The notes beneath the pieces were generated by a model. That model saw only the letters and a program-made list of their open reading frames with translations. It was not told where the DNA came from and did no database searches. Shown here one piece after another: positions 1-8,203 of a stretch of 64,000 bases of DNA (its first letter is position 1; each line of letters opens with the position of its first letter). The DNA is taken from NCBI GenBank assembly GCA_003242885.1, contig QKMZ01000015.1, forward strand, positions 269,568 through 333,567. The letters run 5' to 3'. The translations under genes were made by a program, and so were the position numbers. The DNA comes from Candidatus Melainabacteria bacterium (GTDB taxonomy: Bacteria > Cyanobacteriota > Vampirovibrionia > Obscuribacterales > Obscuribacteraceae).

Positions 1-258
1 CGCAAACCTGGTGTTCCGTTCTACGCGGACAGACAGATGTCGCAAGCCTGGACATGGGCTACGCTGACTTCAGAACTTAGCCGCATCAATCGCGCCTATG
101 TGATTACGCGATCGCGTAACAAGGGTCCTTTGCTCGAGATGCCTGGATATACAGTGATCAAGGAAGAAGGATTGTATCTGCTGTTGCGCTTCGACAATCC
201 GTTTCCACCGAAAGAACCCTACACCCCCAGCCCCGGCATCCACAGCATGCAACGCTGA
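1..258 (+). CDS. 3' end of an unidentified CDS entering from upstream of the window
   Basis: Frame 1 is open from base 1 (RKPGVPFYADRQ precedes the first Met at 37) to the stop at 256-258. I recognise no motif. Confidence 0.3.
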   Translation, partial: RKPGVPFYADRQMSQAWTWATLTSELSRINRAYVITRSRNKGPLLEMPGYTVIKEEGLYLLLRFDNPFPPKEPYTPSPGIHSMQR

Positions 259-305
259 TTGCAAGAAGGTGTGCAGGAGCGATGCAGTCAGATCTGTCTA
301 AGTAT

Positions 306-1487
306 TCAAACTGCTTGTCCGGCTGCGTATCCTGAAGCCCATGCCCATTGAAAGTTATAACCGCCCAGTTGTCCAGTTACGTCGACTACTTCGCCGATGA
401 AGTAGAGCCCAGGGACTTTCTTTGCTTCCATCGTTTGCGACGATAGCGCGTTGGTATCCACGCCGCCTCTCGTCACTTCGGCTTTCTTGTAGCCGACCGT
501 ACCTTGCGGCGTAATCTGCCAATTTTCTAGCCTGTTGGTTATGGCGCGCATCTTCACTTCGGAAAGTTCGGAAATATTGCCTTTGATGTTTTCCATCTGG
601 CACAAAATTTCCGCCAGTCTACGCGGGATTATTTCCGCCAGAATGTTCTTCACTTCTTTGTTAGAACCTTCCGCGAAGCGCTCATTGAAATAGCGGACTG
701 GGTCTATGTCTGGCGCAATATTGATATGGATCGAATCGCCTTTCTTCCAGTAGAGCGATGCTTGCAAACTTGCAGGACCCGACAATCCTGTGTGCGTGAA
801 AAGGATGTTTTCACGAAATGCAGCTTTGTTGACGGAAACTAGTGAGTCAACAGAAACGCCCGTCAGCTCTTTGAATTTCGATAGATCTGCAGCGCTAAAG
901 TTAAAACCATCCAACGCTGGATTTGTTTCCACCACATTCAAACCAAATTGCTGTGCAATCTGATATCCGAATCCTGTAGCTCCAATTTGTGGAATCGATA
1001 ACCCGCCGGTTGCGATAACGAGTGACTCACAGCTCAATGACTCGGTGTTCGTATAAATGAGAAAGCTGCCGTCGGATTCTTTTTTTACTTCTTTGACTAT
1101 TCTGCCTTTGAGAAATTCAGCTCCAACCTTATCGCACTCGGCCACCAACATATCCACGATCTGGCTTGCAGACCCGTCACAAAAGAGCTGTCCTAGCTTC
1201 TTTTCGTGATAGGCGATTTTGTGTTTTTCAACCATCTCGATAAATTCGCCGGGCGAGTATCGAGACAGCGCGGACTTATGAAAGTGCGGATTGTTGGAAA
1301 CATAGTTATCCGGTCCTGCATTAATGTTGGTGAAATTGCATCGCCCACCGCCGGAGATGAGAATTTTTCTGCCGATGACTGTGGCGTGATCGACAAGCGC
1401 CACGCTGCGACCTCGTCGGCCAGTGTGAATAGCGCACATCATGCCCGCCCCGCCGGCGCCAATTACAACCACATCGAACTTAAGCAT
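306..1487 (-). CDS. HI0933/BaiN-like NAD(P)/FAD-dependent oxidoreductase
   Basis: 393 aa. N-terminal dinucleotide fold VVVIGAGGAGMMCA, GGGRCNFTN motif and C-terminal GLYFIGEVVDVTGQLGGYNFQWAWASG are typical of the HI0933 flavoprotein family. Confidence 0.85.
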   Translation of the reverse strand: MLKFDVVVIGAGGAGMMCAIHTGRRGRSVALVDHATVIGRKILISGGGRCNFTNINAGPDNYVSNNPHFHKSALSRYSPGEFIEMVEKHKIAYHEKKLGQLFCDGSASQIVDMLVAECDKVGAEFLKGRIVKEVKKESDGSFLIYTNTESLSCESLVIATGGLSIPQIGATGFGYQIAQQFGLNVVETNPALDGFNFSAADLSKFKELTGVSVDSLVSVNKAAFRENILFTHTGLSGPASLQASLYWKKGDSIHINIAPDIDPVRYFNERFAEGSNKEVKNILAEIIPRRLAEILCQMENIKGNISELSEVKMRAITNRLENWQITPQGTVGYKKAEVTRGGVDTNALSSQTMEAKKVPGLYFIGEVVDVTGQLGGYNFQWAWASGYAAGQAV

Positions 1488-1585
1488 CCAAAATCTCTTC
1501 TTGATCTCGAGCGATTATACTCTTCAGTTGCAATCGGCTGCGCCCAATTGCAAAACCTGCCAGCAAATCCAAGAGGAAACTTTGC

Positions 1586-3379
1586 ATGTTTGGTTCAAAT
1601 TGCTCCCGGTTTTTTGCTCTTAGCACTTCACTTATTGCCGGGCTGAGTATTTCTGCTTCCGCGACGTCGGCTCTTCCTTTTGTTCACACAGGCTCTTCGC
1701 AAACCGAGCCTACAGCTGCAGATTACGACTACAAAACACCAATTCCAGAATCGGCAGACATAGTTTTCAAAAACGGCGCAATCTGCACAATGGACTCCGC
1801 AAGAAGCTGGTCACAGGCGATTGCAATTAAACGCGGTCGCATCGTATATGTTGGCGGCGACGAGAAGGCGAAAGTTTGGATTGGTCCCAAAACGAAGACG
1901 ATAGACCTAAACGGGCGAATGATATTGCCCAGTTTTCATGACACTCACGTGCATCTCTCTGAGGGCGGAGTCGAGCTTGGTCAGCTCAGTCTCGAAGGCA
2001 GCGCAGATCTCGCTGACGCAATGAAGCGATTGAAAAATTATGCTGAGAAGAACCCCGATCAAAAGTGGATTCTCGGGGGAAATTGGGCGTTGACGCTTTT
2101 CCCGAATGCGAATCCGAAAAAGGAAACGCTCGACGAAGTTGTAAAAGACCGACCGGTGTTCCTAATTTCAAACGACGGACACTCTGCGTGGGCAAATTCA
2201 AAAGCGATTGAATTGTCCGGTGTCACCGCAAAAACGGCTAATCCACCCCTCGGAAGAGTCGAGCGGGACGAGAAAACTGGAGAGCCAAGTGGAGCCTTTC
2301 GTGAGGCTGCCATGGATCTGATCCGGCGAAAGTCTCCTAGAGTGACTGATGCTCAGATGCTGGAAGGCACTAAGAATGCCGTGAAGTACGCTAACTCATT
2401 TGGTATTACGCATGTCACAGAAGCGAATGCTGGCGAAGATATTCTCAAAACTTACAGAAAACTCGATGACGATGATTCGCTCAATTTAAAGGTGAGAGCG
2501 TCACTGGAGACGGATCCTCAAGGTAGTAAGAAGCAGGTAGATCGGGCTCGTGCATTGCGGAGGCGGTACAGCGCAGGAAAACTTTGCGTGGGTGAAGCGA
2601 AATTCTTTGCGGACGGTGTGGTCGAAACGCACACAGCATCGCTATTGACGCCGTATCTCGATAAAAAGGAAGAAACAGGAATTAGCAACTGGACAGATGA
2701 GAAGTTTGCACAAATGGTGACCGAATTTGAGAAAGCAGGATTTCAAATCCACATTCACGCCATTGGTGACAGGGCTGTTCGCCAGGCTTTAGATGCAATT
2801 GAAGCTTCTCGAAAAGCAAATGGTGATCTCGACCTGCGTCCGCACATTGCGCATCTTCAGCTTGTAGATAAAGCGGATTTGGTCAGGTTTCGCAGATTGG
2901 GTGTTACCGCCACATTCCAAGCTCTGTGGGCTTATCGAGATGTTTTCGTCAAGGATTTGACTGTTCCTGTTCTCGGAGAAGAACGGACGAACAGTATGTA
3001 TCCCATAAATAGTTTGCTGAAACACGGAACTGTTCTTTCCGCCGGCAGCGATTGGACTGTTAGTTCTCTCAATCCATTGGATGCCATTGAAGTTGCGGTG
3101 ACAAGAAAGGGACTCGCGGATAAGGCAGAAGACAATAAGGATGAACCTCTCAACCTCGATGAGCGTGTCAATCTGATGGACTTTCTTGCGGCCTACACAT
3201 GTGGTGGAGCGTATGTGGACCATTCCGACAAGGAGTCTGGTTCGCTCGAACCTGGCAAAGCTGCTGACTTGATTGTGCTCGATAAAAACCTTTTTGAAGT
3301 GCCGAATACGGATATTCACAAGGTCAAAGTCATGCAGACCATGCTCGACGGAAAGTTCGTCTACGATCGCGAAAACTAG
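1586..3379 (+). CDS. secreted metal-dependent amidohydrolase (Amidohydro_3 / YtcJ-like)
   Basis: 597 aa. Hydrophobic signal-like N-terminus, HDTHVHL metal-binding motif, IHIHAIGD, GSDW and C-terminal GKAADLIVLD motifs of the large amidohydrolase family. Confidence 0.8.
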   Translation: MFGSNCSRFFALSTSLIAGLSISASATSALPFVHTGSSQTEPTAADYDYKTPIPESADIVFKNGAICTMDSARSWSQAIAIKRGRIVYVGGDEKAKVWIGPKTKTIDLNGRMILPSFHDTHVHLSEGGVELGQLSLEGSADLADAMKRLKNYAEKNPDQKWILGGNWALTLFPNANPKKETLDEVVKDRPVFLISNDGHSAWANSKAIELSGVTAKTANPPLGRVERDEKTGEPSGAFREAAMDLIRRKSPRVTDAQMLEGTKNAVKYANSFGITHVTEANAGEDILKTYRKLDDDDSLNLKVRASLETDPQGSKKQVDRARALRRRYSAGKLCVGEAKFFADGVVETHTASLLTPYLDKKEETGISNWTDEKFAQMVTEFEKAGFQIHIHAIGDRAVRQALDAIEASRKANGDLDLRPHIAHLQLVDKADLVRFRRLGVTATFQALWAYRDVFVKDLTVPVLGEERTNSMYPINSLLKHGTVLSAGSDWTVSSLNPLDAIEVAVTRKGLADKAEDNKDEPLNLDERVNLMDFLAAYTCGGAYVDHSDKESGSLEPGKAADLIVLDKNLFEVPNTDIHKVKVMQTMLDGKFVYDREN

Positions 3380-3486
3380 TCTGACAAGACATCTTCGGCG
3401 ACGAAGTAGGGTTGTTCGCAATACTCGAGCAACGACGAAGAACTACTAGAATCAAACTCGCAATGAAGTGGAACTCTCCAAAATAA

Positions 3487-3514
3487 ATGCGGACGGCAAT
3501 CACGCCGCCCGCAT
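3487..3514 (-). terminator. stem-loop between convergent genes, likely intrinsic terminator of the TadE-like gene
   Basis: ATGCGGACGGC / GCCGCCCGCAT arms (10 of 11 bp) with a 6-nt loop. On the minus strand the hairpin is followed by TTATTTT. Confidence 0.55.
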
Positions 3515-3537
3515 TCCATCATGCGTTGTTGAAAGAG

Positions 3538-4071
3538 TTACTGCAGTCCTTCGGGGTGCTCAGCGTTGGAATTGGCGATGTAAGCGCAATTCGCCGGTTT
3601 TCCAACAATGGGCACTGAACCGATGAAAGGCATCCCGGACATGTTCAGCCAGGGATTGATCGTGAATTGAGTTCTGATTTGATACTCGTAAATGTTGTTT
3701 TGCGTGTCCGCGGGTCCGCCCAAGCCAGAGTTCTTAGTAGCGTAGGTGGTTCCACCGGTGGACAGGTTGGTGGTTGCGATGTACATATCTGCACCGCAAG
3801 AGTTATATCCTCCAAGGGGCGTGATGTTCGCGAATTTTCCAAAGCCCGAATTCCGCAACTTCTTCGTCTCTTGATCCATACCATTTAGTGCTTCTTGCCA
3901 GGTAGTGGACGACCCTGCGACGCTGGCAGCCTGACGCGTAATCATCAAAACAGTTGCCGAACTTGTGGCGAAGCCAATCAAGTTGATGAGCGGAAAGAGA
4001 ATAACCAGAAAGAAGATAAAGAGGACTGGTGCGAATTCTGCGATTGCGCCGCTTCCAGTCGGACGACGCAT
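3538..4071 (-). CDS. TadE-like pseudopilin-type membrane protein
   Basis: RRPTGSGAIAEFAPVLFIFFLVILFPLINL resembles the TadE/TadG N-terminal motif (G-x4-EFA plus a hydrophobic helix). The ORF opens at 4113 and Met at 4071 is the more likely start. No other tad/cpa genes are nearby. Confidence 0.5.
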   Translation of the reverse strand: MRRPTGSGAIAEFAPVLFIFFLVILFPLINLIGFATSSATVLMITRQAASVAGSSTTWQEALNGMDQETKKLRNSGFGKFANITPLGGYNSCGADMYIATTNLSTGGTTYATKNSGLGGPADTQNNIYEYQIRTQFTINPWLNMSGMPFIGSVPIVGKPANCAYIANSNAEHPEGLQ

Positions 4072-4217
4072 TTTCTTGGTTCTGCACGTTGCAACACGGT
4101 GACCCATAGCCACTCAAACCCCCCGGTCGAAAATGGGCAAGGAAACCCACTTATATTATTCCCTGTAAGATAGACAACGATCTCACCCGAGCGGGTGAGG
4201 GTAAAGAGGCGTAAACC

Positions 4218-4586
4218 ATGAAAGATTGTCAGGATAAGCTGTCCAGCGTTGTAGGCAGCAAAGTTGTACGTGCTAGCAGCAGTCTGAACCAGCTTGCCGT
4301 TGAGTTTTCAGGCAATAAATGCCTCTTTCTTGACGTCAAAGTGTCTGAAGATGGACCTTCCATCGAGCCAACAGTGACAGATGCCTCTAATTTCCCTTCC
4401 GAAGGTGATGTTGTCTGTAAGGTTGACTGGAGTTGGATTTCCGGCGGTGAGCTTACCGACATCAAGACGGCCGTGGACCAGTTTAGGCTTATTCTTGTTC
4501 CGCAAGGACCTATAACCGTGTCGGCCGGGGTTTGGCAGGGCAAACCTTTCCTCTCCTTTATGCCTTACAAAGCTCCAGCGAAGTAG
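4218..4586 (+). CDS. hypothetical protein (122 aa)
   Basis: AAGAGG Shine-Dalgarno about 10 nt upstream of the ATG and a clean ORF. No recognisable motif. Confidence 0.5.
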   Translation: MKDCQDKLSSVVGSKVVRASSSLNQLAVEFSGNKCLFLDVKVSEDGPSIEPTVTDASNFPSEGDVVCKVDWSWISGGELTDIKTAVDQFRLILVPQGPITVSAGVWQGKPFLSFMPYKAPAK

Positions 4587-4812
4587 TCCCAGTCGTGCTG
4601 GGCGCGATTTTTTGTTTAGAATCTGCTGGAAAAGCTCGAAACGCCTGCTAGTTTTGCGTTGGATGGCAAAAACTGATGCTTTTCTATGATTTTTAAGCAT
4701 TTTTGTGGGAAATACCGGCGGCCGTGCGTATTTTCCCCAATCGATTCTTTTATGGGAACGGTTTAATATTCTGGCATTGAAGGCAACCCCAGTGCAGAAC
4801 GGAGATTCACCC

Positions 4813-4986
4813 ATGAATCCGACCACGATAACTAACCAAGCCGAAGGCGCCGAGTCCAGAACCCAAAGCGACAATCGCCAAAGTCAATCAGCTGCCGGCT
4901 CCAACGCAAACCAAAACGCCACTCCCGTCTGCAACAATGGAGTATGCATGGTTACCTGGAAGCCTACGAAACCGCAAGCTGCCTAA
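4813..4986 (+). CDS. small hypothetical peptide (57 aa) with a C-terminal Cys pair
   Basis: GGAG about 9 nt upstream of ATG 4813. Polar N-terminal two thirds, then VCNNGVCMVTWKPTKP. The ORF track opens it earlier, at 4705. Confidence 0.35.
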   Translation: MNPTTITNQAEGAESRTQSDNRQSQSAAGSNANQNATPVCNNGVCMVTWKPTKPQAA

Positions 4987-5013
4987 TTGAAAACAAAGCG
5001 CCGACTGCGCTAG

Positions 5014-5229
5014 TTAAGCTTCAACAACCGCTCGTTTCCGCTTAGTCGAAACGGGCGTTTCTGTTTGTTGTGCCTTTGCCTTCATTCTCTTTTCGAGTTG
5101 GGCAACCGAAAAAGGATAAGGACACCAGCCAGCTCCATTCACAGGACATGTTGCAAGCGCTGCACTGGACACTTTTGCCCGACGTGCTTTGGTGCGCTTT
5201 GGAGCCGTCTTTGTGCTCGGTTTTTTCAT
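5014..5229 (-). CDS. small basic hypothetical protein (71 aa)
   Basis: Strong AAGGAG 7-8 nt upstream of the ATG. Lys/Arg-rich ends flank CPVNGAGWCPYPFS. Confidence 0.5.
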   Translation of the reverse strand: MKKPSTKTAPKRTKARRAKVSSAALATCPVNGAGWCPYPFSVAQLEKRMKAKAQQTETPVSTKRKRAVVEA

Positions 5230-5678
5230 GCCGCTCTCCTTGTGAGTCTATATTTGGTATACCACCAAATGCAGAATTGGCGCGCACCTCACTTTAATTT
5301 GCTGGAAAAATCCAGTAATTCTCGCGCCTCTGAAATGCCCGGAAAGGTAGACTAGTGGAGGGATTCTGAGTTCCGTCGATGCGGGAAAATTTTATCTTTC
5401 TCGGTGATCATTTCTTACTTTTGGCATCAAAAGCACGTTCTTATAGTGCGCATTTTTTTTTGGAAAATCATGCGCGAAAAAATATCATTGGTGCATCAGG
5501 CAGGCACTGCATTTCGAATGCCGTAAGTTTTGAGATTGAAGTTGTAGGAAACCGCAGACATCCGTCAAGCCAAATCCAATCTGCCTGAATGCTGCTACTG
5601 TGTATGTGCACGTCGGAGTGATTTTTGTGGTTTTCAACGGTCGCAACACAGAGAATTCAATACGGGGCGGTATTGTCA

Positions 5679-7196
5679 ATGCAAACTGAAGACGGAGAAA
5701 ACACGATTGAACGTTCGACCACGCAAGTTGCACATGCTGATGGCCGCGTAGAACTGACCGATGAGTCTATAATTTCTTCCAGCCCGATCTACAATCATGA
5801 CTTAGCGCCGATTCCAGTCTCTGAGCGCAATTGGTCGACTTACAATTATGCTGCTCTCTGGGTAAGCATGTCTGCATGTATTCCCACATACATGCTTTCT
5901 TCAAGCCTTATTGCAAATGGCATGAACTGGTGGCAAGCAGTTATCACTATTTTGCTCGGCAATATCATCGTGTTGGCGCCGATTCTTCTGAATTCGCATC
6001 CCGGCACCAAATACGGTATCCCCTTTCCGGTTTTTGCTCGCGCGGCATATGGAACATATGGTTCAAATTTGCCCGCGCTTATGCGAGCTATTGTTGCTTG
6101 CGGTTGGTTTGGCATTCAAGCTTGGATTGGTGGACAGGCACTGCATGTACTTTTCAAATCTGTTTTTCCCTCATGGGAAACAGCGCTCGGTGGTCCGATT
6201 GGTGGACATTTGTTAGGTGAATGGATCGGGTTCGCTCTATTCTGGGGGCTAAACATCCTCATCATCTATAAGGGCATGGATCTGCTCAAAAAGGTTGAAG
6301 GTCTTGCTGCCCCATTCGTCATGATCATGTGTTTTGCCATGGTTGTGTGGGCCGTTTCATCCGCTCACGGATTCGGCGGAATGCTGGGTGACGGCGGTAA
6401 ATTCCCAACCTTGTCGGCATTCTTGCCTGTATTTATTCCAAATTTGACTGCCATGATTGGATTTTGGGCGACCCTTTCGTTGAACATGCCGGACTTTACG
6501 CGTTTTGGCAAAAGTCAGAAAGAACAAACCGTCGGGCAAGTCGTTGCGCTGCCTACTGCAATGACCGTTTTTGCATCGATGGGAATTGTGATTACGTCAT
6601 GCGCTCTGGTTATTTATCCGAATACGAGCGGTCAAGAACTTTGGGATCCCGTTAAATTGATCGGTCACTTCTCCAATCCGCTCGTGGTTGCAATCGCGAT
6701 GTTTACGGTCGCAGTGGCGACCCTGGCGGTGAATATTGCGGCAAACGTTGTCTCACCCGCGAATGATTTCGCTAACGCCTTTCCTCGATGGATTAGCTTC
6801 CGCACGGGTGGTCTGATTACAGGGATCTTGGGCATTTTGATGCAACCCTGGCAATTGGTTGCTGACCCCTCCGGCTACATTTATAAGTGGTTGATTGGTT
6901 ATTCGGGCGGACTAGGCGCGATCGGTGGGGTCTTGATAGCAGACTACTGGATCGTCCGCAAGCAAAAGCTCAATCTGGCTGATCTTTATCTTCAGAAAGG
7001 CGAATATACCTATAACAACGGCTGGAATTGGAAAGCTGTGCTCGCCACCATCATCGGTTGTTTCTTCGCCTGGATTGGCGTGGTCGTAGATGTAATGAAA
7101 CCGCTTTATGACTATGGCTGGTTTGTCGGCTTTGCTATGGCAGGCGTCAGCTACATCGCCATGATGAAGGGCGGCGTGCCGAAGAAGCCCGAGTAA
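5679..7196 (+). CDS. NCS1 family nucleobase/allantoin/vitamin-precursor:cation symporter
   Basis: Multi-TM hydrophobic profile. The N-terminal NHDLAPIPVSERNWSTYNYAALWVSM motif is characteristic of NCS1 permeases. Start taken at ATG 5679 (ORF opens at TTG 5625). Confidence 0.85.
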   Translation: MQTEDGENTIERSTTQVAHADGRVELTDESIISSSPIYNHDLAPIPVSERNWSTYNYAALWVSMSACIPTYMLSSSLIANGMNWWQAVITILLGNIIVLAPILLNSHPGTKYGIPFPVFARAAYGTYGSNLPALMRAIVACGWFGIQAWIGGQALHVLFKSVFPSWETALGGPIGGHLLGEWIGFALFWGLNILIIYKGMDLLKKVEGLAAPFVMIMCFAMVVWAVSSAHGFGGMLGDGGKFPTLSAFLPVFIPNLTAMIGFWATLSLNMPDFTRFGKSQKEQTVGQVVALPTAMTVFASMGIVITSCALVIYPNTSGQELWDPVKLIGHFSNPLVVAIAMFTVAVATLAVNIAANVVSPANDFANAFPRWISFRTGGLITGILGILMQPWQLVADPSGYIYKWLIGYSGGLGAIGGVLIADYWIVRKQKLNLADLYLQKGEYTYNNGWNWKAVLATIIGCFFAWIGVVVDVMKPLYDYGWFVGFAMAGVSYIAMMKGGVPKKPE

Positions 7197-7403
7197 AACG
7201 CTGAGCCCAAACTCGAATAGAGCGCCCGCGCGACAGCGCTACTCAGTCTGTGCAGAATGAGCATCAGTAAAATCGGCTCAACAGTCTTTAAACTGTTAGG
7301 GCTTTACTCATCAGGCTCTAAAGAAAGTTGTACCTTGGATTTGTAGGACAAGCCTTTATACCGAACCTGGAGGAGAAGCGATTATTTTCGCTTCGGTTTT
7401 AGC

Positions 7404-8126
7404 ATGAAAGAATCTCGCAAACTCAAAAGTATTGAAGATAAGAAGAACTGGTGGGGCGCTTTATTTCTTTGGATCGTGAATGAAATCGTTTTGCGATTCA
7501 AATTCCGCCGCGTTGAAATTTATGGACGCGACAATGTGCCTAATGATGGTCCTTTCGTCATAGTGAGCAACCACTCGTCACGATTTGACGGGCTGATGGT
7601 GTTGCGCGGGTTGCGCCGAAAGGCGAATTACATGGTTTCTCCAGCAGAGCTGACCGGATATCAGGGTGTGACACTGCCGTGGGTTGGTGCGTTTCCTGCG
7701 GACCCGAAGAGCGATCTGATTGGTTTTTCGGAAGAAGGATTTCGTAAGAACGAGGGACTTGTTGTCTTTCCTGAAGGTACTGTCTATTACGACGGTGTAT
7801 TGCGTCCTTTCAAACTTGGTGCAGCCCGAATTGCTTTAGCAGCGCACAACGATGGTATTCCTATCAAGGTCATTCCAACTTCAATCATGTATGAATGGGG
7901 CCCTTCAAACATAGCCAGAATTATATTTGGCCAGCCTATTGATTTGGAAAGCTACGCAGATAGTTATAAGAACGATTCTCTGACTGCTGCGCGAAACTTG
8001 AGTGAGAGTTTGTATCGGGAAGTTGCATCGCTGAGATCGGAAATCTCAGATCGGCCGAATGCTTGCCTTGAGACAGGCTGTAAGCTAAAGCGCTCGTGGT
8101 CTTTGGAGTTTGAAAAGGTGGCGTAG
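7404..8126 (+). CDS. lysophospholipid (1-acyl-sn-glycerol-3-phosphate) acyltransferase family protein
   Basis: HX4D motif (NHSSRFD) and FPEGT motif of the PlsC acyltransferase family. Confidence 0.8.
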   Translation: MKESRKLKSIEDKKNWWGALFLWIVNEIVLRFKFRRVEIYGRDNVPNDGPFVIVSNHSSRFDGLMVLRGLRRKANYMVSPAELTGYQGVTLPWVGAFPADPKSDLIGFSEEGFRKNEGLVVFPEGTVYYDGVLRPFKLGAARIALAAHNDGIPIKVIPTSIMYEWGPSNIARIIFGQPIDLESYADSYKNDSLTAARNLSESLYREVASLRSEISDRPNACLETGCKLKRSWSLEFEKVA

Positions 8127-8203
8127 ATTTACTCCGTGGGACGCCCTTGAACAGTGTCGAAAGAACGGCATCGAACCCCGTAGAAACCCGTTAAACACTG
8201 TTT

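Noticed and set aside
2789-3421. 210-aa minus-strand ORF.
   Set aside because: It is antisense to the 3' part of the amidohydrolase gene.
4308-4874. 188-aa minus-strand ORF.
   Set aside because: It overlaps the better-supported 4218..4586 and 4813..4986 ORFs, which have SD sequences. It has no SD of its own and an odd composition.
5380-5678. Possible TPP or purine riboswitch upstream of the NCS1 permease. A UGAGA and several hairpins are present.
   Set aside because: I could not find the conserved THI-box elements (CUGAGA...ACCUGAUCUGGAUAAUGCCAGCG) or a purine-riboswitch core. A covariance-model scan (Rfam) would be needed to settle this.
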